Assembly (NCBI GenBank): GCA_963758245.1
Contig: CAVWUV010000014.1
Coordinates: 127,729 to 191,728, forward strand
Length of the DNA: 64,000 bases
Direction of reading: 5' to 3'
From: an uncultured Acidobacteriaceae bacterium
GTDB taxonomy: Bacteria > Acidobacteriota > Terriglobia > Bryobacterales > Bryobacteraceae
Part shown: positions 56,617 to 64,000 of the stretch, piece by piece
How positions within the stretch are numbered: position 1 is the stretch's first letter
Layout: each line of letters opens with the position of its first letter
Notes under the pieces: model-generated
Told to the model about the DNA's origin: nothing
Databases searched by the model: none
What the model saw: only the letters and a program-made list of their open reading frames with translations
Translations under genes and position numbers: made by a program

Positions 56617-58008
56617 ATGCAACTGCGCGCCATTTGCTTCGTCGACATGCCATTCGGGAAGAAGCCCGATCTGGCAAGTGGCCTCGAAGTCGATTTCGAC
56701 GGCGTGTACGAGGCGGCGATCGAACCAGCTATTACTGAATGCGCACTGGAGCCAATTCGCGGTGACCGCGAACGCACCGGCGGAATTATTCACGCGCCCA
56801 TGTTCGGGCGATTGCTGCTCTCGGACTTTGTTATTGCCGATCTAACGCTGGCGAACCCGAACGTCTTTTACGAGCTCGGAATCCGGCACACGGCGCGGCC
56901 GTTCACGACGGTGCTGATTTACGCTCCCATCCATGCTCTTCCCTTTGACGTCGGTATGGTCAGGGCGATTCCCTATGAGCTCGAAAACGGCAAGCTGACG
57001 AATCAAGCGGCCGAGAAGCTCAAATCCAGCATAACTGCGCGCTTGAATGAAGCGATTCGCGGCGCAGCCTCGAAGGACAGCCCCCTGTATCAGCTCATCC
57101 CAAAGTTCCCAAAGATCGATCTACCGCATGAGATCACGGATATCTTTCAGGATCAGGTGAGGCACTCCGAAGAGTTTCGCAGCCGTTTAGCGGATGCCCG
57201 AGCGAAGGCTTCAGACAAAGATCGGCTCGCGGCGCTAACGGAGATCCAGCAGAGTCTGGGCAATCTGAGGACGGCCCAGAGCGAGATTCTCGTCGATCTG
57301 ATGCTCTCGTACCGCGATGTGAGCGCCTGGGATCAGATGGTGAACCTGGCGAACGAATTTCCGGATCACCTGAAAGCAAATGTAATGGTTCGCCAGCAGC
57401 TCGCCTTGGCTCTTAATAGGAGGAACCAAGCGGGTGATCGAGATCGCGCGCAGAGAGTCCTTGAGGACCTTTTGAAAGAAAAAGGCGCAGATCCGGAGAC
57501 GCAGGGCATTTTGGGGCGTGTGCACAAGGATCGTTATCGCGAGTTGAAGAGCAAAGGAAGTTTCCTCGCGTCCGCCGCGCTCGATGATGCGATAGAGGCT
57601 TATACGAAAGGTTTTGAGAGCGATCCTCGCGACTACTATCCGGGAGTGAATGCGATAACGCTACTGCTTGAGAAAGGTGATCCGGATTCGCTGAAGGCGG
57701 CGGACCACCTTGTTCCGCTAGTAAGCTTTGCGGTGGCTCGGCGGGGCGGCAGCTCGTCAAGCGACTACTGGGATCTGGCAACTACGTTAGAGATGAGTGC
57801 GATTGGCAACGATTGGGCCGTAGCCGTACGAGTACTACCCAAACTGCTCTCAGCCGGAAAAGCATCCTGGATGATCAAGACGACTCGAGACAATCTCGTT
57901 TTGCTGAAGGCAGCGCGCGAACGCGCCGGCCAGAAGACTGAGCAATTGGATGAGATCATCGGGCGCTTCGAGGCACGGTACCAGGAACTCTGCGGCCAGG
58001 AGTCATAG
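56617..58008 (+). CDS. Kinase-less homologue of the ASK1/MAP3K5 N-terminal regulatory module (deoxyribosyltransferase/TIR-like N-domain plus DUF4071 'MAP3K TRAFs-binding' TPR domain)
   Basis: 463 aa, with the ATG preceded by GAGGAT. The N-domain segment CFVDMPFGKK...SDFVIADLTLANPNVFYELGIRH parallels ASK1 ...NADIAVVEMSD..RQPSLFYHLGVRE. The C-terminal half is colinear with the ASK1 central regulatory region (LSYRDV..WDQMV, ALALNRRN.AGDRDRA, GILGRVHKDRY, AIEAYTKGFESDP, YPGVNAITLLL, DYWDLAT). The comparison is from recalled sequence and is not computed. Confidence 0.7.
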   Translation: MQLRAICFVDMPFGKKPDLASGLEVDFDGVYEAAIEPAITECALEPIRGDRERTGGIIHAPMFGRLLLSDFVIADLTLANPNVFYELGIRHTARPFTTVLIYAPIHALPFDVGMVRAIPYELENGKLTNQAAEKLKSSITARLNEAIRGAASKDSPLYQLIPKFPKIDLPHEITDIFQDQVRHSEEFRSRLADARAKASDKDRLAALTEIQQSLGNLRTAQSEILVDLMLSYRDVSAWDQMVNLANEFPDHLKANVMVRQQLALALNRRNQAGDRDRAQRVLEDLLKEKGADPETQGILGRVHKDRYRELKSKGSFLASAALDDAIEAYTKGFESDPRDYYPGVNAITLLLEKGDPDSLKAADHLVPLVSFAVARRGGSSSSDYWDLATTLEMSAIGNDWAVAVRVLPKLLSAGKASWMIKTTRDNLVLLKAARERAGQKTEQLDEIIGRFEARYQELCGQES

Positions 58009-58166
58009 AAACATTTTTCTCTTGACCGGATCACCTATGTAAGCGGGCTCCCAAGGGCCTGGCCAGTGGAGGAGGACTTCTGGCCACATCACCAGCGGCG
58101 GTAGACCATTCAATAGAGAGCGTACGAAAGCCGTTCAGACTGCGCAGGAAGTGGGCGCTCGCTCTG

Positions 58167-59672
58167 GTGGCTTTAGCGGCTGTCGCGGTGATCTACGTTA
58201 CTGTGCTCGCGTTAAATTGGCCTTTCACCGAGCAGAGCGTGGTTGATGTTCTGCAGGAACGGTCAGTGCGCTCTGTTACAGTAGATCACTTCTATCGGAC
58301 ATACCTTCCGCCCGGATGCGTTGCCGAAGGCGTCAACTTCCTGCATCGGAAACATAAAAACAAGCCGCCTCTGATTACAATTCAGAGGCTCGTCATCGCG
58401 GGCAGTTATTCGGGCCTGCTCACGATTCAGAATCGGCTTTCGCTCGTGCGGATATTTGGGATGCACGTGACCGTGCCGCCGAAACAGGCGGATGGTGAAC
58501 CCAGTCCGATTATGCCGCTGAACTACAGCAAATCGCCTTCGAAAATGATCATCGACAAAATTATCGCTGATGGAGCGGAGCTGGATTTCCTATCGAGTGA
58601 TTCCGGCAAAAAGCCTTTCCGATTGATCATCGATAAGCTCGCGCTGCATGATGTGGGCAACAACCGGCCGATCCCGTATCGCACGATTATTTCCAATACC
58701 GTGCCTCCTGGAAAAATTCGATCAACCGGGAAATTTGGCCCGTGGAATCCGAATAGCCCTCGCAGCACCCCCGTGGAAGGTTCCTACACGTTGCAAGACG
58801 CGAACCTGGCATTCTTTAGCGCAATAAGTGGAACCCTGTCCTCGAGTGGAAATTTTCACGGAACACTCGGCGAAATGACCGCGCAAGGTACCACGGATGT
58901 TCCGAACTTCAAAGTAACCGATACCAGCCATACACGGCGATTGGCCGCCGAATTCCACGCGACCGTTGATGGCACAAACGGGAACACCTTGTTGCAAAGC
59001 GTCATCGCACATTTCGACAGAACTACCGCGGTGTTTAAAGGCTCCGTATCGGGTAAAGAAGGTGAGAAGGGAAAGACGGCGTCGCTTGATATGACTGCCG
59101 CAAACGGACGTATCGAGGACCTTCTGAATCTGTTCATCTCGTCGAAACGCGCTCCCATGACCGGCGGGGTCAGCGTGCGGGCGCACGTTGAGCTTCCACC
59201 TGGACCAGAACCATTTGTCAGCAGGCTGAAGCTCCAAGGCGATTTCGGGGTAGACGCGGGCAAGTTTACCGACGCTCCCACCGAAGCTGATCTGACGAGG
59301 TTAAGCGAAAGCGCAGAGAAGCGCAAGAAAGTCAATCCCGAAGACCCGGAAAGAGTTCTCTCTGATTTGAAAGGTCACGTTTCTGCGATTGATGGGACGG
59401 CAACATTCTCGAATTTGTCTTTCAGTGTTCCAGGCGCGAAAGCTGAGATGCATGGAACGTATCGCCTTACGGATTACAAGATAGACATGCATGGCACGAT
59501 GCTTACCACCGGGAATCCGTCAGACGCAACAACGGGGTTCAAGTCGTTCCTGATGAAAGCGATAACGCCCTTCTTTAAGAAAAAAGCATCCCAGAAAGTC
59601 GTGCCCTTCAAGATCACGGGAAATTATGCCAATCCTGTGGTGGCGCTGGACTTAGGCGTTAAAAAGAAATAG
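58167..59672 (+). CDS. AsmA/TamB-like envelope protein (tentative)
   Basis: N-terminal hydrophobic anchor followed by a long beta-rich region with repeated G-[ST]-x-x-L motifs, as in AsmA-like proteins. The GTG at 58167 is the first canonical start. The frame is open from 58026 and encodes a typical positively charged pre-anchor segment (KPFRLRRKWALAL) with no ATG, GTG or TTG. Confidence 0.45.
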   Translation: MALAAVAVIYVTVLALNWPFTEQSVVDVLQERSVRSVTVDHFYRTYLPPGCVAEGVNFLHRKHKNKPPLITIQRLVIAGSYSGLLTIQNRLSLVRIFGMHVTVPPKQADGEPSPIMPLNYSKSPSKMIIDKIIADGAELDFLSSDSGKKPFRLIIDKLALHDVGNNRPIPYRTIISNTVPPGKIRSTGKFGPWNPNSPRSTPVEGSYTLQDANLAFFSAISGTLSSSGNFHGTLGEMTAQGTTDVPNFKVTDTSHTRRLAAEFHATVDGTNGNTLLQSVIAHFDRTTAVFKGSVSGKEGEKGKTASLDMTAANGRIEDLLNLFISSKRAPMTGGVSVRAHVELPPGPEPFVSRLKLQGDFGVDAGKFTDAPTEADLTRLSESAEKRKKVNPEDPERVLSDLKGHVSAIDGTATFSNLSFSVPGAKAEMHGTYRLTDYKIDMHGTMLTTGNPSDATTGFKSFLMKAITPFFKKKASQKVVPFKITGNYANPVVALDLGVKKK

Positions 59673-59755
59673 ATCGACATCTCCACATCGGGGAACTTTT
59701 CCCTATTCCCAACGTTTTGCATTCTTGCGTCGTCTAAAGCGCGAAGAAGAGCAAT

Positions 59756-60319
59756 GTGGTGTGGGAGATAGGATTGCCGCTCCAGTTCGCGGCTAGCCTG
59801 CCGGACAATCCTACGGACGCGGAGCTTGCAGAAGGATGCAAGCGCGGGAACCTGCGCGCCTATGAGCGGCTTTACGAATTGCATTCTGCGCGAATGAAGA
59901 GTCTGGCCTTTCATTTGATTGGCAGCCGCGCGGATGCGGAAGATAGCGTGCAGGAGACTTTCTTGAAAGTGTACAGAGCGGTACGCCGGTTCGAAGGACA
60001 ATCGTCACTTTCAACCTGGATTTACCGGATTCTGATCAACTGCTGCTATGACGTGATGCGAAAGCGCCAGCGGCTTGCAGAAAATCCGGCCCCCCGCGAG
60101 CTTTCAACGGATAGCAAATTGCCGTTGAAGATTGCGCTCGAGCGAGCGTTAGCGTCATTGAATGACCGCCAGCGCCTCGTGTTCGTGATGTTTGAAGTCG
60201 AGGGTTTGAAGCACTCCGAGATCGCAGGAATTCTGGAGGTTCCGGAAGGCACGTCACGCAGTTGGCTGTTTGAAGCGAAGCGAGAGCTGAAGCGGATGTT
60301 GATGGGGTCAAGCGCATGA
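59756..60319 (+). CDS. ECF-subfamily RNA polymerase sigma-70 factor
   Basis: Region 2 (ERLYELHSARMKSLAFHLIG...AEDSVQETFLKVYR, WIYRILINCCYD) and region 4 (LNDRQRLVFVMFEVEGLKHSEIAGILEVPEGTSRSWL). Confidence 0.9.
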   Translation: MVWEIGLPLQFAASLPDNPTDAELAEGCKRGNLRAYERLYELHSARMKSLAFHLIGSRADAEDSVQETFLKVYRAVRRFEGQSSLSTWIYRILINCCYDVMRKRQRLAENPAPRELSTDSKLPLKIALERALASLNDRQRLVFVMFEVEGLKHSEIAGILEVPEGTSRSWLFEAKRELKRMLMGSSA

Positions 60320-60978
60320 AGTTCGAATGTGGCGATCTGGAACGGGCGCTCGCTGTTTCGGATCTGATGCCCGAAGCGCGGGAGCATCTGAAAGGTTGCG
60401 CTGCTTGCCGGCGTGAGTACCGGCTCTGGACCGATATTTCGGCTACCGCAAAGGAGCTGCATCAGGATTGGGAAACTCCGGAGCTATGGCAAGAGATTCG
60501 CAAAAAGCTCCAAGCCGAACCGAAGCTGAAAGAGAAGCCGGTTTGGTGGAAAGAATGGAAGGCATGGACGTTGGCGGCCATGATCGTAGTTGCAGCGGGG
60601 CTGCTGATCGTGTGGAACTGGCGCCAGGCCGCTACTGGCTCCAAGGGGGCCGAATCCGCTCGTGCATTGCCCATTTCAGGAGATCGAGATTTTCTGACGG
60701 ATCAAGCGCTCCGGGAAGTGGAAAAAACCGAGGCGGCTTACCGGCAATCGATCGACAAGCTTTCACGGCTTGCTGAACCCGAGCTGCAACACCCCGCCAC
60801 GGCAGTCGCGGTGAATTACAGAGAGAAACTGCTGACGCTTGATTCCGCGATTTCGGAAACGCGAGCCAATCTCGATCAGAACCGGTTCAACGTCCGCCTG
60901 CAAACAGAGCTGGCTGATTTATATCGGGAGAAACAGCAGACTCTCAAGGAGTTACTTACTCGTGATCAAAAGAATTAG
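60316..60978 (+). CDS. Anti-sigma factor (zf-HC2 type, single-pass membrane)
   Basis: ATGA overlap with the sigma factor gene. N-terminal H-x3-C-x2-C motif (EHLKGCAACRREY) and a central TM helix (AWTLAAMIVVAAGLLIVW). Confidence 0.75.
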   Translation: MKFECGDLERALAVSDLMPEAREHLKGCAACRREYRLWTDISATAKELHQDWETPELWQEIRKKLQAEPKLKEKPVWWKEWKAWTLAAMIVVAAGLLIVWNWRQAATGSKGAESARALPISGDRDFLTDQALREVEKTEAAYRQSIDKLSRLAEPELQHPATAVAVNYREKLLTLDSAISETRANLDQNRFNVRLQTELADLYREKQQTLKELLTRDQKN

Positions 60979-62431
60979 TATTTTGACCCTGGCGCTCACA
61001 TTCGGCGCTTTGGGTCGCGAAGAATATACGCGCAGCTTCGATAAGACGGTGGCCGTGAGACCGGGTGCGAAAGTGTACTTGGAACATCGGCTGGGGGACA
61101 TCGAGATTCGGACGCATGCGCAGCCCGAGGTGGTGATTCATGCGGACATCAAGGTCTCGGCCTCCGATACGAATCAGGCCAAGGCATTCGCGGATCGCAT
61201 TGAGATCCTGGTCGAGCCTTCGTCATCCGAGCTAACCGTACGGACTCGATATCCCGAGACAGGCAGCTCGTTTTTTGGCATTCACAACATCTCCTATTAC
61301 GTTCATTACCAGATAACGATCCCCGAGTCTGCGCCACTGGAAGTGAAGAATTCGTTCGGAGCAGTTTCTGTTTCCGGCGTGAAGGCAAACAGCGATATCA
61401 CAACGTCGCACGGCACTCTAGAATTTCGCGATGGACGCGGCACACAGCGGCTTGAAGATTCATTCGCTGGTATCAGAGTGGCAAACAATGCTGGAGACGT
61501 AACCGTGGAAGGGAGCAACGGCGGGGTGGATGCGGCTGATGTGACTGGCGCGCTCAGTGTACGGGATCGTTTTGCAGGCGTAACGGTAAGTCGCGTGTCG
61601 AAGGGAGTAATCGTCACGAATAGCAACGGGACGGTGGAAGTCACGGATTCCGGCGGGACTGGAAATATCAAGAACTCGTTCGGCAATGTGACCGTTCGCA
61701 ACTTCAAGGGAGACCTGACGGTGAATAACACCAACGGCCGGGTAGAAGCTACTAATGTCGAGGGGCTCGCCGAGCTAAATACGACTTTTGGCGAGGTGCG
61801 CTTTGCCGATGTCAGACGGCAATTATCTATCCGCGCGAATAACTCGAAGATCGAGGGCGAGAGAGTGGGCGGCCCGCTAACAATCCAGAACTCGTTTGGA
61901 CCTGTGACGGTGAGCGATGTTGGCGGGGGCGTGAGGATTCAGTCAGGAAATGGGGGAGTGTCGATTTCAAAAGTGCGTGGCGAGGCGAATGTGAAGACCA
62001 GCTTCGCCATGGTTCAGGCCAACGATATCGGCGGATCGCTACTCGTGGAAAATACGAACGGCGGCGTCAAGGCTTCCAATACGCGCGGGGGAGCTCAGGT
62101 GACGACCAGCTTTGGCGCGGTCTTTCTGGAAGGAGTCTCCGGTCCGCTTCAGATTGAGGATCAGAACGGCGCAGTCGACGCCACGAGCACGGCTCAAGGC
62201 AGTTGCCAGCCCATCGTGATTCGCACTTCGTTCTCGACTCTGCGAATTCGGCTGCAAGGCGAGCCGAGCTATCGGGTCGCGGCGCGAACCTCTTTCGGCA
62301 AGATCCGCACGGATTTTCCGCTGAACGTTTCAGGATCCATCTCGAACGACGATGTAAATGGGGTAATCGGCGGTGGCCGTTGTGAAATGAGGCTGACCGA
62401 TAATAACGGCACGATTGAGATTGTGAAGTAA
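60962..62431 (+). CDS. DUF4097-family beta-repeat (putative adhesin-like) secreted protein
   Basis: GTG at 60962 gives the signal peptide VIKRISILTLALTFGALG. Many repeats of the pattern N-[ST]-[FN]-G-x-V-x-V/A (NSFGAVSVSGV, NSFGNVTVRN, TTFGEVRFAD, NSFGPVTVSD, TSFGAVFLEG), typical of DUF4097. Confidence 0.7.
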   Translation: MIKRISILTLALTFGALGREEYTRSFDKTVAVRPGAKVYLEHRLGDIEIRTHAQPEVVIHADIKVSASDTNQAKAFADRIEILVEPSSSELTVRTRYPETGSSFFGIHNISYYVHYQITIPESAPLEVKNSFGAVSVSGVKANSDITTSHGTLEFRDGRGTQRLEDSFAGIRVANNAGDVTVEGSNGGVDAADVTGALSVRDRFAGVTVSRVSKGVIVTNSNGTVEVTDSGGTGNIKNSFGNVTVRNFKGDLTVNNTNGRVEATNVEGLAELNTTFGEVRFADVRRQLSIRANNSKIEGERVGGPLTIQNSFGPVTVSDVGGGVRIQSGNGGVSISKVRGEANVKTSFAMVQANDIGGSLLVENTNGGVKASNTRGGAQVTTSFGAVFLEGVSGPLQIEDQNGAVDATSTAQGSCQPIVIRTSFSTLRIRLQGEPSYRVAARTSFGKIRTDFPLNVSGSISNDDVNGVIGGGRCEMRLTDNNGTIEIVK

Positions 62432-62450
62432 ACCTTCGCGAGATGACAAA

Positions 62451-64000
62451 TCAGACTCGGGCCGACGCGCGACTCTCGAGACCTACCTTCTTCAATAAGA
62501 GCGTGAAGCGCTCATCCTGGCGTAAAGGGTTGAAGGAGTGGAGCACACGCATAAAGGCGAGAAGGGGATCTCTCGCCTCGTAAGCTCGGCTAAGCCATTC
62601 GAACGCGTTATCGTGTTCTTCCAGGCCTATGTAGATGATGCTGACGTAGCCGGGCGAAACGTACATCGTCTCAGACAATTTCAGAAGTTGAGCCAGCAAC
62701 TCGCGTGATTCTGTGATTGAACCCGCCACCGCGAGCGCATACGCGAGGAACGCAAGCGACAGTGGATGCCCCCCGGATAGATCCCGCGCCTTCTGGAAGG
62801 CTGCCACGGCTGCCTGGAGTTCGCCGCGTTCGATATGTGTCAGGCCGAGAATTCCATATGCTTCAAAGTAATTTGAATCGAGTTTCAGCGCCTCGTGCAC
62901 AGCGTCCAGCGCAGCGCTGTAATTTCCCTCGTAATAATGGAGTCCTGCGAGGGCCGTTTTAAGGTAGAGCGCTACCGGATCGAACCGCAACGCAGTTTGT
63001 AACTGGTCATGTGCTTCCTTGAAGCGTTGCAATTTGACCAGGAGCAACATATAGGAATATCGGATATTCGCATCGCCAGGGGCCAGTTCGATGCCTTGCC
63101 GGAATTCACGCTCGGCCGCGTTCCAATCCCAGTCAAGGTTTACCAGCACGCCTCCCATGATTCTGCGCGCCTCGCCAAATGTGCTATCAAGCTCGATGGC
63201 TTTGACCACGGACTTTAGTGCCATCGATAAAGCATCCTTTGGAGGAACGAGGTTGTAGAAGCCCAATTGGTAGTAATAGGCGGCTAAGCCGGCATGGGCG
63301 GGAGCATACTCCGGGTCCTCCGCGAGCGCTCGCTGAAAATAGTTAAGCGCCAACTCCATGCTTGTTGGAGTCATCTGGCGGAGATGATACGTTCCTTGCA
63401 GATAATACGTATAGGCTTGAATGCGATCCGTTAACCGGTTCTCAAATAGGGGGCGCGTTTCTCTTCCGAACAGCTTCACATTCAGCACTTGAGCGACATG
63501 GCGCGCGATTTCCTCCTGTATCGCGAAGACATCCTCCAATTGCCGGTCGTAAATCTGAGACCACAATTCGTAGCCTTCGCTTGCACGTACTAATTGCACC
63601 GAGATGCGGACGCGATTTCCCGCTTTTCTGACGCTGCCTTCCAGCACGCAATCTACGTTCAGCAATTTTCCGATCTGTCTAATATCCTGGACGATCTTCT
63701 TCGTCGCGAACGCAGACGTTCTGCAAACCACGCGAATTCCTTCAACCTGCGCGAGCGCATTGATCAGTTCATCTGTCAGCCCATCGCCGAAATATTCACT
63801 TTCGGGATCGGAGCTGAGGTTTGCGAATGGCAGAACCGCGATGGATAGAGGTGTGCTCTGGAAGAGACCTGCCGAGTGCGTCACCCGGCTGCTTGACTGC
63901 TGCTTTGCGGTAGAATCACGCTGTCCGATCGCGGCCGCCAACTCCTTGCGCATGGCCGTTGCGTTCTGGTAGCGTTCTTCAGGACTTTTAGCAAGCGCTT
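62451..64000 (-). CDS. Ser/Thr protein kinase (partial; N-terminus beyond the window) with a C-terminal TolB-like domain and TPR repeats
   Basis: The frame stays open upstream of the ATG at 63953 to the window edge. It reads ..ALAKSPEERYQNATAMRKEL, the canonical end of a Hanks-type kinase domain. It is followed by a TolB-N-like module (IAVLPFANLSSDPESEYFGDGLTDELI) and about 8 TPR-like repeats. Confidence 0.75.
   Translation of the reverse strand, partial: ALAKSPEERYQNATAMRKELAAAIGQRDSTAKQQSSSRVTHSAGLFQSTPLSIAVLPFANLSSDPESEYFGDGLTDELINALAQVEGIRVVCRTSAFATKKIVQDIRQIGKLLNVDCVLEGSVRKAGNRVRISVQLVRASEGYELWSQIYDRQLEDVFAIQEEIARHVAQVLNVKLFGRETRPLFENRLTDRIQAYTYYLQGTYHLRQMTPTSMELALNYFQRALAEDPEYAPAHAGLAAYYYQLGFYNLVPPKDALSMALKSVVKAIELDSTFGEARRIMGGVLVNLDWDWNAAEREFRQGIELAPGDANIRYSYMLLLVKLQRFKEAHDQLQTALRFDPVALYLKTALAGLHYYEGNYSAALDAVHEALKLDSNYFEAYGILGLTHIERGELQAAVAAFQKARDLSGGHPLSLAFLAYALAVAGSITESRELLAQLLKLSETMYVSPGYVSIIYIGLEEHDNAFEWLSRAYEARDPLLAFMRVLHSFNPLRQDERFTLLLKKVGLESRASARV

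Overview
The window is a moderately GC-rich chromosomal segment, most likely from an Acidobacteriota (Terriglobia-like) genome. The lineage call rests on an ADOP-type duplicated FtsX permease, a VWFA-related acidobacterial-domain protein, many Tat-exported Gfo/Idh/MocA and GMC oxidoreductases, and a Ser/Thr kinase with a TolB-like/TPR tail. Coding density is high and almost all long ORFs have a family-level assignment.

Gene content from left to right:
- A sugar-oxidation and phosphosugar cluster (3.5-10.2 kb).
- An envelope glycosylation island built around UDP-sulfoquinovose synthase (10.2-16.9 kb).
- A complete tyrosine/homogentisate catabolic regulon with divergent operons. Its aminotransferase gene is frameshifted, and an unknown gene sits where maleylacetoacetate isomerase is expected (16.8-22.2 kb).
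- GH43, an esterase, a CutC-SSS transporter pair, an orphan sigma-54 response regulator and a BrnT/BrnA toxin-antitoxin pair.
- The gcvT-H-PA-PB glycine cleavage operon.
- An envelope redox and folding cluster (GT9, amidohydrolase lipoprotein, DsbD-alpha-like, TlpA, HExxH protein, parvulin).
- One compact IS with a single rve/DDE transposase (39.7-41.3 kb).
- FecR-like and VWA proteins, GH172/DUF2961, ribD-ribE, ftsY, an M1 aminopeptidase, an orphan CHASE3 histidine kinase and an EmrAB-like pump.
- A kinase-less bacterial homologue of the ASK1/MAP3K5 N-terminal regulatory module.
- An AsmA-like protein, an ECF sigma/anti-sigma/DUF4097 triad, and a partial Ser/Thr kinase at the right edge.

I recognised no rRNA, tRNA, CRISPR array or riboswitch.

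The best candidates for new biology are:
1. The sqdB-centred, Arn-like gene set, which lacks any canonical SQDG synthase.
2. The unknown gene translationally coupled between hmgA and fahA.
3. The stand-alone ASK1-N-like protein.
4. Duplications of gene 3' ends that resemble att sites, one of which flanks a peculiar 9-mer tandem array.

All family calls come from reading motifs in the translations. No database search was run.
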